A stretch of DNA of 64,000 nucleotides, from assembly GCA_963851055.1 (NCBI GenBank), contig CAWKMY010000006.1:14663-78662 (forward strand), in the 5' to 3' direction. Of the stretch, positions 35,333 through 45,402 are shown piece after piece (positions within the stretch are counted from its first letter, which is position 1; the number at the start of each line of letters is the position of its first letter). The position numbers were made by a program, and so were the translations under genes. The DNA is from an uncultured bacterium. Its GTDB lineage: Bacteria; Patescibacteriota; Minisyncoccia; Phycocordibacterales; PALSA-1337. The notes beneath the pieces are model-generated. The model worked only from the letters and a program-made list of their open reading frames with translations. It ran no database searches and was not told the DNA's origin.

Positions 35333-37678
35333 TCATTCGGACCAACATTGAGAGCTGTTGAGACCGGGGTCGGAGTACGTGGTAGGCGTTTCGCTGTAAC
35401 ATGTATAACCAGTCGGGCAATTGCTTATACTGACTGGAGTGCAGACATAACCAGCAGGACAGCCTGATGAACCACCACCTGGAACTGAACATATGTAACC
35501 AGCAGGACAGACAGCTGAAGCGCCTCCATTAAACATCACCACAGCTTTCAAATTATCTAGACCAGAAGTGATGGAGTACGCATGAAGGTTAGTCGCACTG
35601 GTACCATAATCTATCGCCGTCATTTGAGCTATGTTGGCGCCATTTACGGTAGCCGCCGAACTACTAAGGGTACCGCTTAGATTTATCTGACGAGAAGAAC
35701 CTGGCGGAAGATACCAATAATTTTCATTATCTCCTGGCACTAGGGATGGAACCGCTCCGCTAGCGACAATGTTCGGTATGATATTTCCATTTCCTGAAGC
35801 AAAGTGTAGAGAGGAGTAGGTATTCTGCGCGACAGAAGTGCTTACGAATATCGGATTATTCCCCGCTATCAGAGTGAAAGAGAAAGTGACAGGCTGGACA
35901 CAAGAGACCATTGCATTATCACAAGTCTGAGAGCCAAGCGTCGACGAAGTATTACTGATTTGGACGCCGCTAGAGGCGGAAGAGAAGGTGATGGTGTTAC
36001 CGACTATAAGACTTTGCCCAGCAGATACATTATTATAGTTAGAATCGAGTGCCACAAGTGCGCTCGTAGGCAACTCAACTAATGCATTCGAGCTATTGAG
36101 ATTATGATTCGTATCTTGAGCCACGCTACCTAGGATCGTGATCGGCACAGAGACATCCGCGGGCAGGGGGATGTTGAAATTAGTGAACGATACGCTCTTG
36201 TTATCGCTAGCAATCGAAGTTTCAGCATACGTTCGACCGCCTGCTTTTATAAATAGATTAGTGAAGAAACTGGATATATTCGTATTTCCTCCGTTTACGA
36301 TCACGCCGATAGTAAGCGCTTGAAGCGTAGAAGGACTGCCTTGTGACTTCACATCAAACACCGCGAGTGGCACATTTTGAGTCACTGCTGAAGTCGAGAT
36401 CTGCACTGTGCTCGCAAGTGGCGAAGACGGATCGAGAGAAGCGGTTATTCCTGCGCCACCAATCGGTTGTGGATTGATTGGCTGAGGCTGGGCACAACTC
36501 TTATTCAAGGCCGCACGAGTCGCCGGACCAAAGAAGCCTGTAGCAGGTATGCCTACGCTAGCCTGATATTTTGCCACAGCGGCGGCTGTTTGATAACTAT
36601 ATACGCCCTTTTGCTGGCGACCGGAAGAGACGGCCGGAATGTCATAACCGTTGCCCATGAGCCATGTCTGTAGGGCAACGACGTCAGCACCTGTAGATCC
36701 AATAGTTAAGTTGTTACTGAATACATAGCAAGACGTCGAACCGGCTGATTGAACTTGGAAGCTGACCTGATTGCTGGCACCGGTATTTTCATTTTTGACT
36801 TGAATACTATGATAGCCATTTGTCAGAGACGGCGCGACAAATGTCATAGATGTACCGTCAGTCGATATACCAGTAGTCACATTGTACAAAACACTGTTAT
36901 CTATAAATATGACGGAATTCGTAAGCCGCTGACCCGATATCGTGAGTGTCTGTCCCGGGCTGACGATACTCGGCGTGACGGAAGTTATATAAGGAGAAAC
37001 TTCGCCGACGATGGTGACCGCATTGCTCTGATTCGTTGGAACACTGGCAAATACCGATGATCCATCAGTGCTTGGAGGCATTGAATCACCGTAAACACTC
37101 TGAAGGCTTGCCGTGTAGCTTCCAGCGAACATTTGCTTTGGATTGACACTAGCGGAAACACCAAAACTAGTAGTCTGTCCCGGTGCTACAACGAACACAT
37201 TCCTGCCATATGAATCGACACTGCTGCTTGCAAGGGAAGAATTAGACGGAGTAATGACTACTTGACCAGAGCCTTGGCTATGAGCCGATGAAATGAACTG
37301 TACGGCGGCTCCATTCTGATATATTTCAATACCTTGAGTATTACCATGAACTGTAAATGATCCCGTAAGGGTAAGAGCAGCTTCGCCATGTTGGGAATCA
37401 TAAGTAAGCGCCAAAGAAGGTGTTCCGTTTATCGTAACCGTGGCATCTGTAGTCGGAGCTACAACACCCCCGCCGCCACCTGAAGAACCTCCGCCTGAAT
37501 TATTAGGCGTACAAACATATCCTACTGGACAATTAGTGACCGGAGTTATTGGCGTACATGTATATCCAGCCGGACAAGCTACCGTCTGCGCCTCTGCCGC
37601 AGGAGCTGGCATAAAAGCGACTAAGGCGAGAGAGAATGCTACAACCGGAACGATAACCGAAAACATGGCTCTTTTCAT
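35333..37678 (-). CDS. Secreted giant surface protein with signal peptide, CPxGYxCT Cys-rich repeats and a PG_binding_1-like peptidoglycan-binding domain
   Basis: Signal peptide MKRAMFSVIVPVVAFSLALVAFMPAPAAEA; LTIGSTGADVVALQTWLMGNGYD...GFFGPATRAALNK PGBD; many CPAGYVCT units. Confidence 0.6.
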   Translation of the reverse strand: MKRAMFSVIVPVVAFSLALVAFMPAPAAEAQTVACPAGYTCTPITPVTNCPVGYVCTPNNSGGGSSGGGGGVVAPTTDATVTINGTPSLALTYDSQHGEAALTLTGSFTVHGNTQGIEIYQNGAAVQFISSAHSQGSGQVVITPSNSSLASSSVDSYGRNVFVVAPGQTTSFGVSASVNPKQMFAGSYTASLQSVYGDSMPPSTDGSSVFASVPTNQSNAVTIVGEVSPYITSVTPSIVSPGQTLTISGQRLTNSVIFIDNSVLYNVTTGISTDGTSMTFVAPSLTNGYHSIQVKNENTGASNQVSFQVQSAGSTSCYVFSNNLTIGSTGADVVALQTWLMGNGYDIPAVSSGRQQKGVYSYQTAAAVAKYQASVGIPATGFFGPATRAALNKSCAQPQPINPQPIGGAGITASLDPSSPLASTVQISTSAVTQNVPLAVFDVKSQGSPSTLQALTIGVIVNGGNTNISSFFTNLFIKAGGRTYAETSIASDNKSVSFTNFNIPLPADVSVPITILGSVAQDTNHNLNSSNALVELPTSALVALDSNYNNVSAGQSLIVGNTITFSSASSGVQISNTSSTLGSQTCDNAMVSCVQPVTFSFTLIAGNNPIFVSTSVAQNTYSSLHFASGNGNIIPNIVASGAVPSLVPGDNENYWYLPPGSSRQINLSGTLSSSAATVNGANIAQMTAIDYGTSATNLHAYSITSGLDNLKAVVMFNGGASAVCPAGYICSVPGGGSSGCPAGYVCTPVSISNCPTGYTCYSETPTTYSDPGLNSSQCWSE

Positions 37679-37924
37679 GGTTTTATGTGATTACGAACTA
37701 ATTAATAGATAATGGACGACATCCAAATACTTGCTCAAGTATACCCCCCCCCGACGAATTTGCACAATATAAGTTGTGAACAGTCGAGATGCAAGGAGAA
37801 AGCGACGCTCGCCGTCTGGCAAGCATCGCTTGGGTAGTGGAAACATTATAGCGCGTCACAAATTGCATGCAAAGAGGTTATCCACATGTTAAAGTGAAAC
37901 CGTGCACGCAGACATTTACCTAAA

Positions 37925-38779
37925 ATGAGGAAAGTTTTTAAAGTTCTAATATACATATTTGCCGTAATCGGCTTTGTACTGGTCATCGTCTATGCGGCTC
38001 TAGAGCTTGGCCTAACCAAAACAGCCGGTATCATCGATGCTCAACATGATTATTTCAAAAACCAATTGAGCAACGCCACAAATACAGATTCTTCCGGTAT
38101 CAATTCATTTAATAGCGATGCCTGGGCTCAAGGTGAAGAGTGGACCGTGCTCAAAGAAGCTATCGCAACTGATACAAAAAGCATAAATATGGCAGCTCAA
38201 CTCTCCGGCGTGCCAGCTAGAATGATCACTTCCCTACTCATCGTCGAACAGCTACGACTTTTCCATTCGGATCGTGAATTATTCAAAGAAGTTTTCGCCC
38301 CACTCAAGATATTGGCTGTTCAAAGCCAATTTTCTTGGGGTGTCATGGGTGTGAAGCAAGATACTGCGCGGCAAATAGAAAACAACCTAAAGGATCCGAG
38401 CTCGCCATGGTATTTGGGACCTGAATATAGCCATTTATTGGACTTTGCTACTTCAACGGCTACTTCGACTCTGCCGAATCAGGATACCCAGCGTTTCAAT
38501 CGTCTGACGGATGAGCATAACCGATATTATTCTTACTTATATGCTGGATTATTCGTCAAAGAGATCGAGGCTCAATGGCAGAAAGCCGGCTTTCCTATAG
38601 CTGATAGGCCGGACATCATCGCCACCCTCTATGACATCGGTTTTGGTAATTCCCACCCCAATGCCAATCCTCTTTCTGGTGGCGCGGAGATAGATGTTGG
38701 CACGACTACTTATAGTTTTGGCACTCTGGCAAATAGCTTTTACCAGTCAAATGAGATGACTGACATATTCCTGAAATAA
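37925..38779 (+). CDS. Membrane-anchored putative lytic transglycosylase-like protein
   Basis: N-terminal TM; MAAQLSGVPARMITSLLIVEQLRLF ... SQFSWGVMGVKQDTARQI reminiscent of SLT-domain E...S...GxMQ..TA pattern (weak). Confidence 0.4.
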   Translation: MRKVFKVLIYIFAVIGFVLVIVYAALELGLTKTAGIIDAQHDYFKNQLSNATNTDSSGINSFNSDAWAQGEEWTVLKEAIATDTKSINMAAQLSGVPARMITSLLIVEQLRLFHSDRELFKEVFAPLKILAVQSQFSWGVMGVKQDTARQIENNLKDPSSPWYLGPEYSHLLDFATSTATSTLPNQDTQRFNRLTDEHNRYYSYLYAGLFVKEIEAQWQKAGFPIADRPDIIATLYDIGFGNSHPNANPLSGGAEIDVGTTTYSFGTLANSFYQSNEMTDIFLK

Positions 38780-38854
38780 GGTGGATTACGGAGTTTGACT
38801 TCCCAACGGCAAGGTGTAGATTTATCTTGGCGGTAAAACAAAATATCCATAGTT

Positions 38855-39364
38855 ATGAGCGTAACATCATTGAAAAGTGAGGATGCCACCCAGACGGGTG
38901 TCATGAGAACAAACATCATCCGCGTCGAAGCCGAGGAAATTCTCCGGTTGCGGCATCAAGGATTGAGAACGAACCGGCCCATAGATGTGGCGAGATTCGA
39001 AGGCGACCACGCCAAATCATCGTGGCACTTGGCGGCCGTCCCCGTTGATGAAAACGGTTGGAAAATACTCGGCAGCGACGTCATAGGCTGCGCCAGTTTC
39101 ATTGCGGGCAAACTGGAAGATCATAGCACCTGGCAGCTCCAAGGCTTGGTAGTCACCACCAGTTTCAGAAAAATGGGGTTGGGACGGAATTTGCTGGCCT
39201 ATGCCGAAAGCCATATCCCAACGGATACCGGTATCCACTTGTTCTTGTGCGACGCCCCATTGGAGACGGTCAGATTCTTCGAGAAGTGTGGCTGGATGGT
39301 CATTTCCGACCAAATAGACGTGCAGGACTTCGGCGCCTGTCGGAAAATGGTCAGGCAGTTGTGA
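38855..39364 (+). CDS. GNAT family N-acetyltransferase
   Basis: Motif A QLQGLVVTTSFRKMGLGRNLLAYAE. Confidence 0.65.
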   Translation: MSVTSLKSEDATQTGVMRTNIIRVEAEEILRLRHQGLRTNRPIDVARFEGDHAKSSWHLAAVPVDENGWKILGSDVIGCASFIAGKLEDHSTWQLQGLVVTTSFRKMGLGRNLLAYAESHIPTDTGIHLFLCDAPLETVRFFEKCGWMVISDQIDVQDFGACRKMVRQL

Positions 39365-39476
39365 TACCATGTGAATCTATCGAGCCGCGGGAATGATCCT
39401 GCGGCTTTTTTAATTAAAACATTTAGAGCTAATAAAAAGCCGGACGTGAGTCCAGCTATTACGGCAATCCGGGGCA

Positions 39477-39761
39477 TCAATCTTCTTCGACCTTGGTTTT
39501 GGGCGCAAATCTTTGCGGCACCCACGCCTCATCCCTCGACGATGTGGGCTCTCCTCGAGGAAATAAGGCCCTAAGGACTCGTTTTTGGTCCCGACGATCA
39601 AGGGTTTCTTCGATCACTCTTTTCGCCTTCATTGCATCCGTCTGGACTACCGGGCCCTTTTTGAGAGCCTCAGCGTCAGACTTCTTGTTTATGACATTCA
39701 AGGTAACCTCTGGTGTTAATTTGTTCATGACAAGCGTAATACTCAATCTAGAAAAAATCAA
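39477..39761 (-). CDS. Hypothetical small protein
   Basis: 94 aa ORF, basic; no family assignment. Confidence 0.25.
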   Translation of the reverse strand: MIFSRLSITLVMNKLTPEVTLNVINKKSDAEALKKGPVVQTDAMKAKRVIEETLDRRDQKRVLRALFPRGEPTSSRDEAWVPQRFAPKTKVEED

Positions 39762-39838
39762 GATGGAACTATTTCATTGCCTCACTTTCAATTGACACAA
39801 TTCCAACATAGAAGTAGTCTGACCACGGATGGTAAACA

Positions 39839-40585
39839 ATGAAACTAAAGAAACTTATGAAAAAACCAAATGAAATCGCTGAGCAGAACTTTGCCAAATT
39901 ACGCAGTAACATCTATCCCGGCCGCGGCATCATCGTCGGCGTTGATGAGACGGGACAAAACATGGTCCAAGTCTATTTCCTCATGGGCAGGAGCGAAAAT
40001 AGCCGGAACCGCATTCTGAGTTCCGAAGGGGGACGCCTATTCACCGAAGCAGCTGACCCAGCCAAGGTGAAGGACCCGAGCCTGATCATCTATAATGCCA
40101 TGCGCGACGATGGAAAAAACTTCGTCGTGAGCAATGGCCATCAGACCAATGCCGTCATGACGAGTCTCCAGTGTGGAGGATCTCTTGCCCTGGGATTGGA
40201 AGCATACGAATATGAGCCCGATGCTCCAAACTACACACCGCGCATCACAGCCGTTTGCTGGCCGCGTGGTTCCATGATTGCTGAGGTGTCCATATTGAAG
40301 AAGTCGTCTGACACCCCTCCCTGCAATCGTTTCTATTACGGGTATGCAACGATTTCTCCTGGGTTCGGCTACTGCGTCACCACATACGATGGAGACGGCG
40401 ACCCATTACCATCGTTCACCGGAGGGCCATTCACAATGCCGCTCAATGGCGATGCCAAAATGGTAGCGGAAACTTATTGGGCTGCCCTAAACACGGATAA
40501 CCGGATCTCATTAGCAGTCAAATGGATTCCGAGGGGAAACGTGGAGTCAACGGTCCACGTCATCAACCGGTTCAGCAAGGCCTAA
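39839..40585 (+). CDS. PurO-like (archaeal-type IMP cyclohydrolase family) protein, tentative
   Basis: IYPGRGIIVG...VYFLMGRSENSRNR resembles N-terminus of PurO family; assignment from memory only. Confidence 0.35.
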   Translation: MKLKKLMKKPNEIAEQNFAKLRSNIYPGRGIIVGVDETGQNMVQVYFLMGRSENSRNRILSSEGGRLFTEAADPAKVKDPSLIIYNAMRDDGKNFVVSNGHQTNAVMTSLQCGGSLALGLEAYEYEPDAPNYTPRITAVCWPRGSMIAEVSILKKSSDTPPCNRFYYGYATISPGFGYCVTTYDGDGDPLPSFTGGPFTMPLNGDAKMVAETYWAALNTDNRISLAVKWIPRGNVESTVHVINRFSKA

Positions 40586-40601
40586 ACCTCATCAATCACT
40601 C

Positions 40602-40637
40602 AAAACGCGCCAGCTTTCGCCGGCGCGCTTTTTTTAT
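40602..40637. terminator. Bidirectional intrinsic terminator between convergent PurO-like gene and fusA
   Basis: cgcgcc/ggcgcg GC stem flanked by aaaa on the left and ttttttt on the right. Confidence 0.55.
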
Positions 40638-40656
40638 TCCCCAAAAATTATTTCTT

Positions 40657-42802
40657 TTACTTCCTCTTCTCCTTTATACCCTCTGCAACGTTAGCCGGAA
40701 CGACTTCATAGTGATCGAATTCCATCTGAGCAGAACCTTGGCCGGAAGTCATGGAACGAAGAGCCGTGGTATAGCCGAACATCTCTGACAATGGAACCTT
40801 GGCGATGATAGAGATGACTTGGCCCTTTGGATTGGAGCCCTCGATGGTACCGCGCTTGGAAGCAATGGAACCATTGACGTCACCCATGTACTTCTCCGGA
40901 CAGACGACTTCGAGCTTCATGATAGGTTCGAGAATGACAGGCTTGGCGCGCTTGGCTGCATCTTGGAAAGCCTGGGAAGCGGCTATCTTGTAAGCGATCT
41001 CTGATGAGTCAACGTCGTGGTAAGAACCGAAAGTGAGCTCGCAGGAAATGTTAACAAGTTTGAAACCGGCGACGATACCGCGATCGAGTGCCTCACGAAC
41101 ACCTTTCTCGACGGCTGGAATAAATTCATTCGGAATGACGCCGCCTTTGATGGAGTTGATGAATTCAAAATCATCATAGCGGTGAACTGTCTTGGGTATC
41201 TTCTCCCCTTCCGGCCATGGTTCCATAGGTTTCGAGAGTCAGACGGACGTGACCGTATTGACCCTTGCCTCCGGTCTGCTTGATATATTTGTGTTCAGCT
41301 TCAGCGGTGCCGAGGATGGTCTCACGATATGCTACCTGTGGCTCACCGACATTGGCTTCAACGCCAAATTCGCGCTTCATACGATCCACCATGATCTCGA
41401 GGTGAAGTTCTCCCATGCCTGAAATAATAGTCTCGCCTGTTTCCTGGTTGCTGGAGATACGGAATGTTGGGTCTTCATTGCCGAGCTTGCGCAGAGCCAA
41501 GCCCATTTTCTCCTGATCAGCCTTGGTCTTCGGCTCGATGCGTAGAGACACAACCGGTTCCATGAATTTGATAACTTCGAGGACTATCGGGTGTTCCTCA
41601 TCGCAGAAAGTATTGGAAGTGAGGGCGTCTTTCAGTCCTACGGCGGCAGCGATCTCTCCGGCAAAGACTTTCTTGACCTCTTCACGCTTGTCGGCTTGGA
41701 GGCGGACGATACGACCGAGGCGTTCCTTCTTGCCAGTGGTGGAATTGTAAATATATGAACCAGCTTCTATGGTTCCGGAATAGACACGGAAGAATGTCAG
41801 AGCTCCGACGAATGGATCATTCTGAAGTTTGAATGCCAAGGCGGAAAAAGGTTCTTTGTCATCTGCGTGGCGGAGTATCTCTTCGCCTGTATTCGGGTCA
41901 ATACCCTTTATTGGAGGCATATCTAGAGGCGAAGGCAGGTAGTCGACGACGGCATCGAGAACGAGTTGAACGCCTATATTCTTCAAGGCGGAACCAGTGA
42001 AGACTGGGAACATCTTGTTGTCTATGACGGCACGGCGGACGATTTTCTTGAGCTCATCAACCGAAGGAGTTTTACCATCGAGATAAGAGGCCATGGCCAC
42101 ATCATCATGCTCGACGATCTTTTCTATGAGCTCGGCATGATATTTCTTTGCATCGGCGGCGAGTTCATCAGGAATCTCTTTTTCAACTATTTTATTTCCC
42201 ATTTCTCCCTCGAAATAGTATGCCTTCATCTTTAGAAGATCGACTACCCCAATGTGATTGCCCTCTGTGCCTATAGGGAGCTGGAAACGAACGGCCTTCG
42301 GACTCAACCTTTCGAGAATTGATTTGAATGAAAATTCGAAAGAAGCTCCCATGCGGTCCATTTTATTGATGAAACAAAGACGTGGCACATTGCCTTCGTC
42401 GGCATAGCGCCAGTTGGTCTCTGACTGTGGTTCAACGCCGGCAACGCCGTCGAAAACCACAACTGCTCCGTCGAGTACGCGTAGAGACCTTTTCACTTCT
42501 ACAGTGAAGTCGATGTGTCCAGGAGTGTCGATGATGTTGAAGCGAACCATCTTCGACTTATCGGTCGGAGGCATGTATGACGGATTCCAGAAACAAGTGA
42601 TAGCGGCAGCCGTGATGGTGATACCGCGCTCGCGCTCCTGTTCCATCCAGTCTGTGACAGTGTCACCTTCGTGCACTTCACCGATCTTGTGCGTCATTCC
42701 TGTATAGAAAAGAATACGCTCTGATGTAGTCGTCTTGCCCGCATCGATGTGGGCAATGACTCCGAAGTTACGTACTTGAGAGAGTGGGTAGTCGCGGTTC
42801 AT
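40657..42802 (-). CDS. fusA: Elongation factor G, split into two ORFs by an apparent +1 frameshift at about 41224-41236
   Basis: N-terminal ORF 41174-42802 (AHIDAGKTTTSERILFYTG...GQYGHVRLTLET) and C-terminal ORF 40657-41226 (MEPWPEGEK...). The frames switch inside aacctatggaaccatgg, a near-tandem aaccatgg duplicate with one extra t. Confidence 0.85.
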
Positions 42803-42945
42803 GGTGGTTTTGGCTTATAAAGCTAGTAAATTATTGGGTTAAATTAAAAAAGCTGAGAGGCTTTAATGAATAGTACGATACAGGAAAACCGAAGAATAAT
42901 CAAATAATATCGCCATGGCTCATTTCCACCACTTGAGCCACAAGG

Positions 42946-43197
42946 TTATTTCTTGTAATGATTGGTGATACTGAACACTTCAATCACTTCCTTCTTAGCA
43001 AAAAAGAATAATGCGCGGTATTTACGATCAATCCTGAATGAATAGATGCCGTGCCACTTCGGCTCCAAAAGCTCCACATTGAGAGAGGGGTGTCTAGTAT
43101 TTGATTGGAGTAGCGCCGACGCTTTCTTATATTTGGAAATTAGCTTGCGCGCGACAAGATACTCTACCAAATCCTGACGAAGAGGCTTGACCTTCAT
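42946..43197 (-). CDS. RelE/ParE-family type II toxin
   Basis: 83 aa; WHGIYSFRIDRKYRALFFFAKKEVIEVFSITNHY resembles RelE/ParE core (yelRi..dyRiiy...i.il.i.hR). Confidence 0.6.
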   Translation of the reverse strand: MKVKPLRQDLVEYLVARKLISKYKKASALLQSNTRHPSLNVELLEPKWHGIYSFRIDRKYRALFFFAKKEVIEVFSITNHYKK

Positions 43198-43208
43198 ACG
43201 CTAAATGA

Positions 43209-43418
43209 TTATTTGGCATATGAAGACTTACGCAGGCCGGATTCAAGGTCGGAAATAAATTCTCTTGAATAAAGTCCTGATGCGCGGAAATCTTCGACCA
43301 CGGTCTTGATCGGATCTTTTATAAGCAATTCAAAAAGGCGAGCCGCTACGGCATGGTAGGCTTTAGCTTCTTTCTTTAGCTTGGTATATTCGGTTTTCTG
43401 GATGGTTATTCTGCTCAT
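43209..43418 (-). CDS. Putative cognate antitoxin (small, upstream of RelE-like gene)
   Basis: 69 aa ORF 11 nt upstream of the toxin on the same strand; family not recognised. Confidence 0.4.
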   Translation of the reverse strand: MSRITIQKTEYTKLKKEAKAYHAVAARLFELLIKDPIKTVVEDFRASGLYSREFISDLESGLRKSSYAK

Positions 43419-43524
43419 AATTCAATATTATCACTTGGAACAAATCACGACAAGCCATGGCCTATGTTTGATATCACAAATTGTGACTTCAAACAGATGG
43501 CCCAGTTGAGCGACCTCTCGAAAT

Positions 43525-43995
43525 CTACCAAGCAAAGTGAGCAAAAGCCTTGTTGGCTTCGGCCATCTTGTGAACGTTCTCGCGCTTCTTGACGGCTTCG
43601 CCTTCATTCTTTGAGGCGGCGATGATCTCATCGGCGAGTTTGAGGTGCATAGGCTTGCCCTTCTTTCCGCGAGCTGCTTCTACGATCCATTTCATTGAGA
43701 GTGAATTCTTGCGCTCCGGACGGACTTCGCGAGGAACCTGATAGTTGGCGCCACCGACACGGCGTGAGCGGACTTCCATAGCTGGAGTTGTGTTCTTGAG
43801 AGCCAATTCGAAGACTTCTATAGGATTCTCTACTTTGGCTTGGACCTTGATAGCATCCATGCAGCTGTAGACGATATCGCGAGCAGTATTCTTCTTGCCC
43901 TCTTGCATGACATAGTTGATGAGCTTGGCTACTTTCAGAGAATCGAATGTCGAATCGGGCTTGAGATCTCTTTTTATGTTTGTTTTTCTGCGCAT
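43525..43995 (-). CDS. rpsG: 30S ribosomal protein S7
   Basis: S7 from internal Met [11 protein letters not shown]...; the upstream 15 codons of the ORF overlap rpsL. Confidence 0.9.
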   Translation of the reverse strand: MRRKTNIKRDLKPDSTFDSLKVAKLINYVMQEGKKNTARDIVYSCMDAIKVQAKVENPIEVFELALKNTTPAMEVRSRRVGGANYQVPREVRPERKNSLSMKWIVEAARGKKGKPMHLKLADEIIAASKNEGEAVKKRENVHKMAEANKAFAHFAW

Positions 43996-44032
43996 GATAG
44001 TTAAATGAAAATGGAAAAAGCAAAATGGAAAA

Positions 44033-44455
44033 TTAAGCAACCTTAGCGGCCTTTGGCTTCTTGTTTCCGTATTGGCTGCGACCTTTGCGACGCTTCTCTA
44101 CTCCGGCGCAGTCCAGGACTCCGCGGACGATGGAATAGCGCAAACCTACGTCCTTGACGCGACCTCCACGAAGGAGGACGACGGCGTGTTCCTGTAGATT
44201 ATGACCTTCACCCGGGACATATGCTGTGACTTCGACGCCGTTAGAAAGGCGTACGCGAGCAATCTTGCGGATAGCGGAGTTAGGCTTCTTTGGAGTCTTT
44301 GTCGTGACTTTCACGCATACACCACGCTTGAAAGGCGCAGGGAAAAAGCTCGGACGATTCTCGATCGAGTTGAAGGTGCGGGTGAGAGCGATAGACTTTG
44401 ACTTCCTCTTGAAAGTCTTGCGGCTTCTCTTTGTGAGCTGATTAATTGTTGGCAT
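44033..44455 (-). CDS. rpsL: 30S ribosomal protein S12
   Basis: [13 protein letters not shown] ... [10 protein letters not shown] classic S12. Confidence 0.9.
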   Translation of the reverse strand: MPTINQLTKRSRKTFKRKSKSIALTRTFNSIENRPSFFPAPFKRGVCVKVTTKTPKKPNSAIRKIARVRLSNGVEVTAYVPGEGHNLQEHAVVLLRGGRVKDVGLRYSIVRGVLDCAGVEKRRKGRSQYGNKKPKAAKVA

Positions 44456-44503
44456 AGTTTGTTAGTAATTCGTAAACAGTAAACTGTAAACGGAAAGTGT
44501 TGT

Positions 44504-44529
44504 TCTCTGTTTACGGTCTACTGATTACC
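44504..44529 (-). promoter_or_regulatory. Conserved upstream element (25-nt core) of the rpsL-operon promoter region, shared with ssrA
   Basis: ttctctgtttacggtctactgattac vs tttctgtttacggtttactgattac at 871-895, with further flanking similarity (taaacgg, tgttct, ccgtttact). Confidence 0.5.
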
Positions 44530-44739
44530 GTTTACTGCGATTTTTCCGTTTGAATTTTTTCATCATTTTCAGCTCGAGCGAGCTTGAATGATTACTCATA
44601 CGGAACTAGTAATTAAATTGTAGCCCCCTTGGGCAGTGGGGAGACTTTAGCATAGAAGAGATTCTCTGGCAAATCTGAATTGAATCCTCCAGCGCATTCA
44701 AAATTTGCCGATAACTGCGGATAGTTTCCAAACAGCTAT

Positions 44740-45402
44740 TTAATTTGGTAATCTTGGAATAACTACTTTTGCAATATTTTCAGCCTTAGACAGATTCTGA
44801 TCTACTATACCGGGTTCATAAACATATATGATACCTATTGTCTTTCCAATGGCAAAATATAGCACCACCTTATTATTTAGAGACCTCCATGCAGCTTGAT
44901 CACCGATTCCTGATATCTGAGTCAGATATAAGGGGCTCGACTTAGCGTAAGTATTCAAAATAATATTAAAATCCTGGGAATTAGCATTCGCAGAAAGTAT
45001 CTCGAGGCTTGCCGCTAGGGTTTTATCTTGAACTGGCGTTGAACTATTGACAGATCCGTATCCATAAACACATACTTGATCGGTATTCTGATATAAATAC
45101 AAGGATTTTTCACTAAGAATCGACTTTGCATCTGCAAGAGTAAAGTAATCGCAAGTATTGTTACTCCAAGTCTTAGGCGCGTTAGTTGTCGGTGAATTGA
45201 CAGCTTCTGTTGGTGGTTGTGACTGGGAGTTAGTATTTATTTGAACTGGAGAATTAACTGGCACCTGTTCTTTTTGTGCAGAGTTATTTCTTAGATAAAA
45301 ATAACCTCCGATACTTAGAATAATAATAGTAAGAACTACTATAGCCCATATCGCAGCTGAGCCTTTTTGTGAGTTTTTCATGATAAATACATTATACAGC
45401 AA
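44740..45402 (-). CDS. Hypothetical membrane-anchored protein
   Basis: 220 aa, N-terminal TM then Ser/Thr/Asn-rich region. Confidence 0.4.
   Translation of the reverse strand: MLYNVFIMKNSQKGSAAIWAIVVLTIIILSIGGYFYLRNNSAQKEQVPVNSPVQINTNSQSQPPTEAVNSPTTNAPKTWSNNTCDYFTLADAKSILSEKSLYLYQNTDQVCVYGYGSVNSSTPVQDKTLAASLEILSANANSQDFNIILNTYAKSSPLYLTQISGIGDQAAWRSLNNKVVLYFAIGKTIGIIYVYEPGIVDQNLSKAENIAKVVIPRLPN

Noticed and set aside
33805-37678. Numerous 60-100-aa ORFs on the opposite strand of the surface-protein genes (e.g. 34975..35190, 36138..36323, 37440..37712)
   Set aside because: Antisense ORFs inside long, compositionally biased coding regions; no independent support.
37877-37885. Perfect DnaA box TTATCCACA
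   Set aside because: Single occurrence; expected by chance at about 0.5 per 64 kb on two strands, and not clustered with other boxes or an AT-rich unwinding element.
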